Positions 54,223-64,000 of a stretch of 64,000 nucleotides of DNA are shown in pieces. Below the pieces are notes generated by a model. The model was given only the letters and a program-made list of their open reading frames with translations, had not been told where the DNA came from and searched no databases. Source of the DNA: Macrostomum lignano (taxonomy: Eukaryota). The position numbers were made by a program, and so were the translations under genes. Position 1 is the first letter of the stretch. Each line of letters begins with the position of its first letter. The stretch is from contig NIVC01000469.1 of NCBI GenBank assembly GCA_002269645.1, positions 124,001-188,000 on the forward strand, read 5' to 3'.

Positions 54223-54427
54223 GTACGGACTCGAGTCTTCTGGTTGTTGCCTCTGTCAGAAATGAATAGATTTATTCAGGTTTATCGATTGGTTACTAAA
54301 AATTAATAATCCGATCGTTCTACAATTTGCAGACGAATTTCCAAAGTGAGGAATGTACTTAAGGAAATTGAGTTCTCTTACCTTGTCCTACGCTCGTAAT
54401 TCGAGAAACCTGCAGGGTTGTTCATGG

Positions 54428-55012
54428 TCGAATTCCAGGAAATGGATTGTCTTGTGGTTGAATTCCAGGAAATGGATTGTCTTGTGGTCGAATTCCTGAA
54501 AATGGATTGTCTTGTGGTAGAATTCTAGGAAATGGATTGTCTTGTGGTTGAATTCCAGGAAATGGATTGTCTTGTGGTTGAATTCAAGGAAACGGATTGA
54601 TCTGTGGTCGAATTCCAGGAAATGGATTGTCTTGTGGTCGAATTCTAGGAAATGGATTGTCTTGTGGTCGAATTCTAGGAAATGGATTGTCTTGTGGTTG
54701 AATTCCAGGAAATGGATTGTCTTGTGGTCGAATTCCTGGAAATGGATTGTCTTGTGGTTGAATTCCAGGAAATGGATTGTCTTGTGGTCGAATTCCTGAA
54801 AATGGATTGTCTTGTGGTAGAATTCTAGGAAATGGATTGTCTTGTGGTTGAATTCCAGGAAATGGATTGTCTTGTGGTTGAATTCAAGGAAACGGATTGA
54901 TCTGTGGTCGAATTCCAGGAAATGGATTGTCTTGTGGTCGAATTCTAGGAAATGGATTGTCTTGTGGTTGGATTCCAGGAAATGAATTGCCTTGTGGTTG
55001 GATTCCAGGAAA
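54428..55012. repeat. 30-bp tandem repeat (GAATTCCAGGAAATGGATTGTCTTGTGGTC)
   Basis: Direct observation. Confidence 0.95.
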
Positions 55013-55411
55013 TCTCTATAACCATGGAAATTTGGACATTTGGGAAGTATGAAAAGTCCTAACCAAAGATCATATATACACAAGACGGGCCATTCATTAA
55101 CCACGTACATCTATGTGGCAACTCAAAATTTAAGCAACCCATGTCGGCTTTTTTGCACAAGTGACGAAAAACAGCGGTCGCGCTTTCCCTATTGCCGCAA
55201 TACAAAGTGGCCTATCTAGGGAGTATAAGATCTACGGTCCTGACTAGCTAACTCCCACCCCCACCCGAGAATTTGTTTTTCTATAAGTGAACTAACTGTA
55301 CATGAATGACATTTATTGTTATAATTTAAACTCAGGAAAGCCTTAACTCGACTTTGAATTTGAAACTGAGGCAAAGTTTAACATTTGCGCCGCGTCATCA
55401 ACAATTTCCAG

Positions 55412-55529
55412 GACGCAGCCTGCAAAGACGCGAAAATGTCCAAGCGAAGCCCGAACGACGGCATCCAACTAGTAGAAAGTTGGGCCCACATTGTTGTCAT
55501 GGCAACGGCTAACAGGCGCACTGAAAGAT
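55412..55529 (+). CDS. ZP-domain protein exon 13 (post-ZP region with dibasic site)
   Basis: TTTCCAG| DAACKDAKMSKRSPNDGIQLVESWAHIVVMATANRRTER T|GTGAGA, phase 0-1. Confidence 0.8.
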
Positions 55530-55844
55530 GTGAGAGTTTTGTTGCTTGCACTGGCGTGGGCCGGGACGGGATCTTGACAAATTTGTCTGTACTGAGTCAA
55601 CAGACGGGCAATTTGTTGACTTTAACTGGTAACTCAATACTGCGTTGAAGACACTTATGAATCAAACTAGATGTAGATCACACTCTCTCTCTCTCTCTCC
55701 TTTTACGGAAGTCTCTACAGGGAAGACTTGTAGTTCAGGCTTTGACTTTCCCGACCGAATTGACTGTGTTGTACTCGTAGTGTACAAGAATATGAGTTGG
55801 GCCTGATTGAAGGTATTTTGCGCGACTCTGGATGAGAGTTATAG

Positions 55845-56545
55845 GTAATATTGAAGGGTAATTAGCGAGGCTCTTACCTGGCTGAGAGTTATAGTGAGTA
55901 TTGAAGGGTAATTAGCGAGGCTCTTACCTGGCTGAGAGTTATAGTGAGTATTGAAGGGTAATTAGCGAGGCTCTTACCTGGCTGAGAGTTATAGTGAGTA
56001 TTGAAGGGTAATTAGCGAGGCTCTTACCTGGCTGAGAGTTATAGTGAGTATTGAAGGGTAATTAGCGAGGCTCTTACCTGGCTGAGAGTTATAGTGAGTA
56101 TTGAAGGGTAATTAGCGAGGCTCTTACCTGGCTGAGAGTTATAGTTAAGATTGAGGGGTAATTAGCAAGGTTCTTACCTGGCTGAGAGTTATAGTTAAGA
56201 TTGAAGGGTAATTAGCGAGGCTCTTACCTGGCTGAGAGTTATAGTGAATACTGAAGGGTAATTAGCGAGACTCTTACCTGGCTGAGAGTTATAGTGAGTA
56301 TTGAAGGGTAATTAGCGAGACTCTTACCTGGCTGAGAGTTATAGTGAATACTAAAGGGTAATTAGCGAGGCTCTTACCTGGCTGAGAGTTATAGTGAATA
56401 CTGAAGGGTAATTAGCGAGACTCTTACCTGGCTGAGAGTTATAGTGAGTACTGATGGGTAATTAGCGAGGTTCTTACCTGGTTGAGAGTTATAGTGAATA
56501 TTGAAGGGCAATTAGCGACTCTTAACCTGGTTGAGAGCTATAGTC
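55845..56545. repeat. 50-bp tandem repeat
   Basis: ATTAGCGAGGCTCTTACCTGGCTGAGAGTTATAGTGAGTATTGAAGGGTA, ~14 copies. Confidence 0.96.
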
Positions 56546-56701
56546 AAGATTGAGGGTACATGTAAGTAGCAATACTTGTACCGGCTGAGTTTTAAAAAAA
56601 TCATGAGCAATTAGCGACACTTGATAAAAATTCAGAGTAATTATAGGGACACTTGTTGTACCTGACTGAAAATCTAATGGAAATTAAATGCTCAACTGCA
56701 G

Positions 56702-57324
56702 ACTCCTGCGACTACAGCATGTGCCTCAGCACTGGCCAGGTGGTGGTCATCATCCTGATCCTGCTGGTGATGCTCGCCCTGGTCAGCGGCCTCATCGTTG
56801 TTGTGTACCGTCGCCGGCTGCTGCTCGCCGCCCACCGACTCCGCCTGGAGGCGAACAACGACGACGACACGCCGACTCAAACGCCGGTCGATGCGCTGAG
56901 CAAAGGCTCACTGATGCAGCACCACCGCTACCAGCATCATCAGCATGCTCACTGGCAGCAGCAGCAGCAGCAGAGCTATCACCAGAGGCTGCAGCAGTCG
57001 ATGGCGGGCCACTGCACCCTGCCGAGGCGCTCCAGTCCAGTCGCCAGAGACGGGGCGGCAGCGGCGGCGGCGGCCGCAGCGGCTGCAACTGCGGTAGACG
57101 GTGCGATGCGGTCCTACTCAACGCTGCCCATTCTCGACAGGCGGGCCCTGAAGGATTCGGCAAGCGGGCGGCACTCGGACCTGCTGCTGCACCAGCATCT
57201 GCAGCAGCAGCAGCATCACCGACTCTGCCAGGCGGCCGCCGCCCTGCTAGACAACCGACCAGACGTGTGCACCTGCGATCGGTCGTTACACAGCTCTTAT
57301 TCTATCACATCTTCGCAGGTTTAA
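56702..57324 (+). CDS. ZP-domain protein exon 14 (TM helix and cytoplasmic tail)
   Basis: CTGCAG| YSCDYSMCLSTGQVVVIILILLVMLALVSGLIVVVYRRR (TM plus basic stop-transfer); His/Gln/Ala-rich tail ending SSQV, then TAA. Confidence 0.88.
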
Positions 57325-57939
57325 CTAATATAACTCGTGCTCCAGTCGAAACAATACTTGTAATATGTAATTATGTACCAACTATACTCGACGTAGGATA
57401 GTACATTATATCGAGATTGAAACTATTTTAAAATTCAAATGTTACTATCTCGATGGCCAGTTTGAATTATATAGGTTGTACAATGTACAGTACAGTGGTT
57501 TTCTGTTTGTCACGCAGCTGTTGTACAGTTCAGCTAGCATTCGCTTTTCATAGTTCTCTCAATAATTGATGCACATGCTGAACGCAAACAATACTCCCCT
57601 GATTGCCATCTAGAGAGGATTTCACAAGGTACAATACACCCAAAGCCATTTAGGAAAATATGGCATGTTATTTCTTGTTGTTTTATAAACTCACCTGGGA
57701 AAGCTCATTCCCAGAGATTGCTCGTAAAAAGCCTACTCTCGAACGAGAAGCACTCTTCCTTATTATTGCCTTCAGTTTACATTGAGGGGCTATTTGCAAC
57801 GAGACGGACTTCAACAGTGCTTGTCAGGACTAATTTCATTAGCTGAGATGACTGACGGTAGTGATGAGGAGCCCATTTGAGTAATTTCCCCGTTTTAGTT
57901 TATGATGAACAGGTAAATTTAGTAGAAGGTAATGGTGGC

Positions 57940-58150
57940 GGCCCAGCAACTGAGGGTCTGGGAGGCTGGCCCAGCAACTGGGGATCTTAGGAGGCTGGCC
58001 CAGCAACTGAGGATCTGGGAGGCTGGCCCAGCAACTGAGGATCTGGGAGGCTGGCCCAGCAACTGAGGATCTGGGAGGCTCGCCCAGCAACTGACGATCT
58101 GGGAAAGCTGGCCCAGCAGCTGAGGATCTGGGAGGCTGGCCCAGCAACTG
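57940..58150. repeat. 28-bp tandem repeat (GGCTGGCCCAGCAACTGAGGATCTGGGA)
   Basis: About 7 copies. Confidence 0.92.
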
Positions 58151-58829
58151 ATGATGAGACAAGGGGACGAAACTTTAAGACAGTAATTAACCTTGAAACT
58201 ACAACACTTCTTCGAGTAAATAACTGCTTTTAAAAGTGAAAAAACACATGATTTTAACAAATAAAATGATTAAATATCACCCGGAAGGGGCTGCGGCTGA
58301 GTACCGGTAGACAGATAGACATTTTCTCTCCGATAATATATTTGTTAATTTGTAATATTTATTTTTACCTAGGACAAGCGTTCAGAAAAAAATGAAAAGC
58401 CAAGGGGATTTCACTATTAGGAAAAAATTAAATTATGTGCAGAAAATTAAAACGCACATACGCTTATTATTACTACTTAACACATAACACATAAGTAGTA
58501 CGAAAAGAGCATCTTGGCCTTTTAATTTAATGCAATTTAGTGAACCTTCCGACAGCCAATATTTATAGCCACTTCGATTCCATTAGAAGCCAAAAAGGCC
58601 CTCAGCCAGATTGACTAATACGAGTATGATAGATGTTAGCAGCTAAACATTTCTGCAAATAGATTTGATTATAGATTGCAACTTGTACGTATTTTTTTAA
58701 TTGACAAAGCTGTCGGTAACAGAGAGGCTGTCATGTGAGAGATTTCCCTGACGCTAACCTGTAGGCTTAACTGACCGACTCGGAACTTAGAAGTGCATCA
58801 TTCTTAACTTTACCCAAAAGTACACCAAT

Positions 58830-59648
58830 AATCTCACCCGGAAGTACATCCTCAGTCTCAACCGGAAGTGCATCCTCAATTACAACCGGAAGTTACATCA
58901 ACTCAACCGGAAGTACATCCTCAGTCTCAACTGGAAGTTATCTCAATTATCTCACTGAAATTCCATCAATAATCTCACCCGGAAGTACACCAATTATCTC
59001 ACCCGAAAGTACATAAATAATCTCACCCGGAAGTACATCCTCAGCCTCAACCGGAAGTTAGATCAATAATCTCACCCAAAAGTACATAAATAATTTCACC
59101 CGGAAGTACATCAATAATCGCACCCGGAAGTACATCCTCAGTCTCAACCGGAAGTTACATCCTCAATCTCAACCGAAGTTATATCAATAATTTCAACCAA
59201 AAGTGCATCCTCAATTACAACCGGAAGTTACATCAACTCAACCGGAAGTACATCCTCAGTCTCAACTGGAAGTTATCTCAATTATCTCACCGAAATTCCA
59301 TCAATAATCTCACCCGGAAGTACATCAATTATCTCACCCGAAAGTACATAAATAATCTCACCCGAAAGTACATAAATAATCTCACCCGGAAGTACATCCT
59401 CAGCCTCAACCGGAAGTTAGATCAATAATCTCACCCAAAAGTACATAAATAATCGCACCCGGAAGTACATCAATAATCGCACCCGGAAGTACATCCTCAA
59501 TCTCAACCGGAAGTTACATCAATAGTCTCAACCGGAAGTACATTCTTAATTTCAAACAAAATAGCCTTCTTAATCTTACCCAAGAGTCGATAACCTTAAT
59601 ATCAATTTGAACTTCCTGAATGCCATAGTTATTACGAACCGGAAGTAC
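58830..59648. repeat. Degenerate ~22-25-bp repeat built around CCGGAAGT
   Basis: About 20 exact CCGGAAGT cores with variable linkers. Confidence 0.9.
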
Positions 59649-59744
59649 GCCAGTAAGCCAGGTTAACGCCAGTCATAAAACAATAAATTGTGTTCCCAAA
59701 AAGCAGAGAGAGAAGCAGCCTCGTAACAATTGCAACGCAAAGCC

Positions 59745-60059
59745 TTACTGCTCAGTCTTCTGCTGAGCAGCAGCTAGAGAAGCGAGTTCGGCTCGCACCT
59801 CATCAACGCAAGAGTCCCTATCTACCAGTCGCTCTTTTCGGCTGGCAATGCAGCGCAGTTTCACTTTATTGTCGCGCAGCTCGGACTCGCCAATAATCAG
59901 CGCGATCGGCACTCCGGTGTCCTCGCAGTATTGAAATTGAGTCAGCAATTTTGGATTCGAGCGCAACGAGTGGGCGGCTGGGAGGCCGGCGCGCCACAAC
60001 TGGCCGCAGAGACGAAGCCGCTCCTCTAACAGGTTCTTCTGGGCGCTGCAAACGTACAC
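59745..60059 (-). CDS. HARS1: Histidyl-tRNA synthetase, last exon (anticodon-binding domain)
   Basis: GTCCAG| VYVCSAQKNLLEERLRLCGQLW...NPKLLTQFQYCE..GVPIALIIGESEL...VKLR; stop at 59745. Confidence 0.93.
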   Translation of the reverse strand: MYVCSAQKNLLEERLRLCGQLWRAGLPAAHSLRSNPKLLTQFQYCEDTGVPIALIIGESELRDNKVKLRCIASRKERLVDRDSCVDEVRAELASLAAAQQKTEQ

Positions 60060-60135
60060 CTGGACAGCGGGGACGGGTGGGGTGCAGGTGTGACAGGGCC
60101 AAGGACCTGAGGACAATGGGAGTGCTAAGAGGGGG

Positions 60136-60715
60136 ATCTGAGGACACTGGAGTGCCAAGGTGGGCATGTGAGGACACTGGAGTGCCAGATTGAGAGATCT
60201 GAGGACACTGGAGTGCCAAGGTGGGCATGTGAGGACACTGGAGTGCCAGATTGAGGGATCTGATGAGGACACTGGAGTGCCAGGGTGGGCATGTGAGGAC
60301 ACTGGAGTGCCAGGGTGGGCATGTGAGGACACTGGAGTGCCAGATTGAGGGATCTGAGGACACTGGAGTGTCAGGGTGGGCATGTGAGGACACTGGAGTG
60401 CCAGATTGAGGGATCTGAGGACACTGGAGTGTCAGGGTGGGCATGTGAGGACACTGGAGTGCCAGATTGAGGGATCTGAGGACACTGGAGTGCCGGTATC
60501 TGAGGACACTGGAGTGCCAGATTGAGGGATCTGAGGACAACTGGAGTGCCGGTATCTGAGGACACTGGAGTGCCGGTATCTGAGGACACTGGAGTGCCAG
60601 ATTGAGGGATCTGAGGACAACTGGAGTGGCGGTATCTGAGGACACTGGAGTGCCAGATTGAGGGATCTGAGGACAACTGGAGTGCCGGTATCTGAGGACA
60701 CTGGAGTGCCAGATC
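60136..60715. repeat. Intronic minisatellite with constant GAGGACACTGGAGTG core and three alternating linkers
   Basis: Linkers CCAGATTGAGGGATCT, CCAGGGTGGGCATGT and CCGGTATCT. Confidence 0.93.
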
Positions 60716-60742
60716 GAGACAATCCAGATAAAATCAGCTCAC

Positions 60743-61072
60743 CTGAGTGGCTGTGGTCCGTATCTTCTGCTCTTTAGCCTTGTGCATCTGCTCCAATATA
60801 GTGAACAATCGTTCAACCCCGATGCTGAGTCCAACGCACGGTATGTCCTTCTTGGTGAACATGCCGACCAGTTTGTCGTAGCGACCGCCGCCGGCCACGC
60901 TGCCAACGGTGACGTTGCAGTCCGGCGTTGGCTCCAGTACAGCCTCATAGATCAGGCCGGTGTAGTAGTCAAGGCCGCGGGCCAGGCTTAGGTCAAATCG
61001 GACTTGATCAGGGCAGCCTAACAGGCCCAGGTAGCGAAATAGCCGACTCATGTCGTCTAGGGCTTGCGTTAC
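60743..61072 (-). CDS. HARS1: Histidyl-tRNA synthetase, penultimate exon (motif 3 region)
   Basis: TCTAG| [15 protein letters not shown]...[18 protein letters not shown]...[16 protein letters not shown]...[13 protein letters not shown]...TATQ |GTGAGC, phase 0-0. Confidence 0.96.
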
Positions 61073-61121
61073 CTAGATTGGAGACAGTGGGAGTTTGAGA
61101 TTGAGACTTTGAGATTTCAAT

Positions 61122-61665
61122 GCTGACCAATCAGAGAGCTCCATTATGATTTCTAACCTGCTGACCAATCAGAGAGCTCTATTATGATTTCTAACCTGCT
61201 AACCAATCAGAGAGCTCCATTATGATTCTAACCTGCTGACCAATCAGAGAGCTCCATTATGATTTCTAACCTGCTGACCAATCAGAGAGCTCCATTATGA
61301 TTCTAACCTGCTGACCAATCAGAGAGCTCCATTATGATTTCTAACCTGCTGACCAATCAGAGAGCACCATTATGATTTCTAATCCACTGACCAATCAGAG
61401 AGCTCCATTATGATTACTAATCCACTGACCAATCAGAGAGCTCCATTATGATTACTAACCTGCTGACCAATCAGAGAGCTCCATTATGATTTCTAATCCA
61501 CTGACCAATCAGAGAGCTCCATTATGATTTCTAATCCACTGACCAATCAGAGAGCTCCATTATGATTTTTTAACCTGCTGACCAATCAGAGAGCTCTGGA
61601 ATATGTCTTGTTCGCTGACCAATCAGAGAGCTCTGGAATATGTCTTGTTCGCTGACCAATCAAAG
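61122..61665. repeat. 38-bp intronic repeat containing CTGACCAATCAGAG
   Basis: About 15 copies. Confidence 0.95.
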
Positions 61666-61727
61666 AGCTCATATCACTGACCTGTCAAGCTTTTTGAAAC
61701 ACACCAACAACAAGCTCCAAGCCTCAC

Positions 61728-62213
61728 CATCGCATTCCCCTTCAGTGCGGGATTCTCTCTCAGCTGATCGACAAGATCGGCGCTCCCGCGCGGTGTCAGC
61801 ACCAGCTGTCGAATCCGTTCGATAGGCTCGTCCGCCAGGCCTTTGTCCGACATCTCTTTGGCCACTTCGTCCCAGCTGCACTTGTCCAGCTTGTCAACTG
61901 CCGAGCAGATTGGCCGAAACAGTGCCTCGGACACGCCGCAGCACTGGAAGATGCCGTCTAGCAGCAGGCGGTGATTCACTCGGACAGTGTAGTTGGAAAA
62001 GCCCAGGCCGGACAGGACCTCGGTGAGGATGAGCACGCACTCGGAGTCGGCCAGCATCGGTTCGGATTCGCCGGCGATATCAAAGTCGCACTGGTAGAAT
62101 TCCCTATAGCGGCCGCGGGTCATGGCTGGCTGGTCCCGTCTGTACACCGGGCCGATCTGGTAGCGCCGCATCGACTGCAGCTTGTTCATGGCCACGTAGC
62201 GGGCGAACGGCAC
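61728..62213 (-). CDS. HARS1: Histidyl-tRNA synthetase, catalytic-core exon (motif 2); upstream exons lie outside the window
   Basis: CCGCAG| VPFARYVAMNK...RYQIGPVYRRDQPAMTRGRYREFYQCDFDIAG...VNHRLLLDGIF...SAVDKLDK...GNAM |GTGAGG. Confidence 0.97.
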
Positions 62214-62229
62214 CTGCGGGGGTGCGGGG

Positions 62230-64000
62230 GAAGCGACTGGGGGGGTTATGGAAATAGGGGAAGAGACTGAGGGATTATGGGGATAAAAGAAGCGACTAAG
62301 GGATTATGAGGATAGTGGAAGCGACTGAGGGATTATGGGGATAAGGGAAGAGACTGAAGCGATTAGGGGAATATGGAAAGCGACTGAAGGGTTTTTGGGG
62401 AAGCGACTGGGGGATTATGGGGATAGGGAAGAGACTGAAGGGATCAATGGGGATAGAGAAAGAGACTGAAGGGATTATGGGGATTGGGGAAGAGACGGAA
62501 GGGATCAATGGGGATAAGGGAAGAGACCGAAGGGATCAATGGGGATAAGGGAAGAGACCGAAGGGATCAATGGGGATAAGGGAAGAGACTGAAGGGATCA
62601 ATGGGGATAAGGGAAGAGACCGAAGGGATCAATGGGGATAAGGGAAGAGACCGAAGGGATCAATGGGGATAAGGGAAGAGACCGAAGGGATCAATGGGGA
62701 TAAGGGAAGAGAACGAAGGGATTAATGGGGATAGAGAAAGAGACTGAAGGGATCAATGGGGATTGGGAAGAGACTGAAGGGATCAATGGGGATAAGGGAA
62801 GAGACCGAAGGGATCAATGGGGATAAGGGAAGAGACTGAAGGGATCAATGGGGATAAGGGAAGAGACCGAAGGGATCAATGGGGATAAGGGAAGAGACTG
62901 AAGGGATCAATGGGGATAAGGGAAGAGACTGAAGGGATCAATGGGGATAAGGGAAGAGACCGAAGGGATCAATGGGGATAAGGGAAGAGAACGAAGGGAT
63001 TAATGGGGATAGAGAAAGAGACTGAAGGGATCAATGGGGATTGGGAAGAGACTGAAGGGATCAATGGGGATAAGGGAAGAGACCGAAGGGATCAATGGGG
63101 ATAAGGGAAGAGACTGAAGGGATCAATGGGGATAAGGGAAGAGACCGAAGGGATCAATGGGGATAAGGGAAGAGACTGAAGGGATCAATGGGGATAAGGG
63201 AAGAGAACGAAGGGATCAATGGGGATAGAGAAAGAGACTGAAGGGATTATGGGGATTGGGAAGAGACTGAAGGGATCAATGGGGATAAGGGAAGAGACCG
63301 AAGGGATCAATGGGGATAAGGGAAGAGACCGAAGGGATCAATGGGGATAAGGGAAGAGAACGAAGGGATTAATGGGGATAGAGAAAGAGACTGAAGGGAT
63401 CAATGGGGATTGGGAAGAGACTGAAGGGATCAATGGGGATAAGGGAAGAGACCGAAGGGATCAATGGGGATAAGGGAAGAGACTGAAGGGATCAATGGGG
63501 ATAAGGGAAGAGACCGAAGGGATCAATGGGGATAAGGGAAGAGACTGAAGGGATCAATGGGGATAAGGGAAGAGACTGAAGGGATCAATGGGGATAAGGG
63601 AAGAGACCGAAGGGATCAATGGGGATAAGGGAAGAGAACGAAGGGATTAATGGGGATAGAGAAAGAGACTGAAGGGATCAATGGGGATTGGGAAGAGACT
63701 GAAGGGATCAATGGGGATAAGGGAAGAGACCGAAGGGATCAATGGGGATAAGGGAAGAGACTGAAGGGATCAATGGGGATAAGGGAAGAGACCGAAGGGA
63801 TCAATGGGGATAAGGGAAGAGACTGAAGGGATCAATGGGGATAAGGGAAGAGAACGAAGGGATCAATGGGGATAGAGAAAGAGACTGAAGGGATTATGGG
63901 GATTGGGAAGAGACTGAAGGGATCAATGGGGATAAGGGAAGAGACCGAAGGGATCAATGGGGATAAGGGAAGAGACTGAAGGGATTATGGGGATAAGGGA
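62230..64000. repeat. 31-bp purine-rich minisatellite (GGGATCAATGGGGATAAGGGAAGAGACTGAA)n in a HARS intron, open at the window end
   Basis: Direct observation; variant units recur at intervals of about 9-12 units. Confidence 0.97.

Noticed and set aside
56688-57401. 237-aa ORF overlapping the last ZP exon
   Set aside because: Alternative frame of GC-rich, triplet-repeat sequence. The TM-encoding frame is the one that matches the upstream splice phase.
58148-58180. Hammerhead-like CTGATGA...GGACGAAAC string
   Set aside because: Stem II cannot pair (GAC vs GAC) and no stem I partner exists around the putative cleavage triplet.

Overview
Eukaryotic (invertebrate) genomic DNA with GT-AG introns and introns packed with tandem repeats. 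The style suggests a Macrostomum-like flatworm, but that is inference only. Three spliced protein genes can be reconstructed by hand: (1) a 3-exon neuromedin-U/capa/pyrokinin-type (PRXamide) GPCR on the minus strand (23139-27153); (2) a 14-exon plus-strand gene (34301-57324) for a type-I membrane protein with signal peptide, Cys-rich EB/EGF-like modules, a ZP domain, one TM helix and a C-terminal PDZ-type motif, with one exon 1 nt short of frame; (3) the last three exons of histidyl-tRNA synthetase on the minus strand (59745-62213). The window also holds a decayed, internally deleted Mag-type Ty3/Gypsy LTR element (29127-31673), a tRNA-derived SINE, and about 25 distinct micro/minisatellite arrays that explain almost all long ORFs in the track. 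The most unusual structure is an ~11.7-kb segment (9860-21542). It has 25-bp imperfect terminal inverted repeats and clusters of a GGTCC-N3-TAA(A/C)C motif at both ends. Its ~8.9-kb interior is a satellite of 238-bp and ~68-71-bp hairpin-rich monomers, each starting with a near-copy of the terminal repeat.
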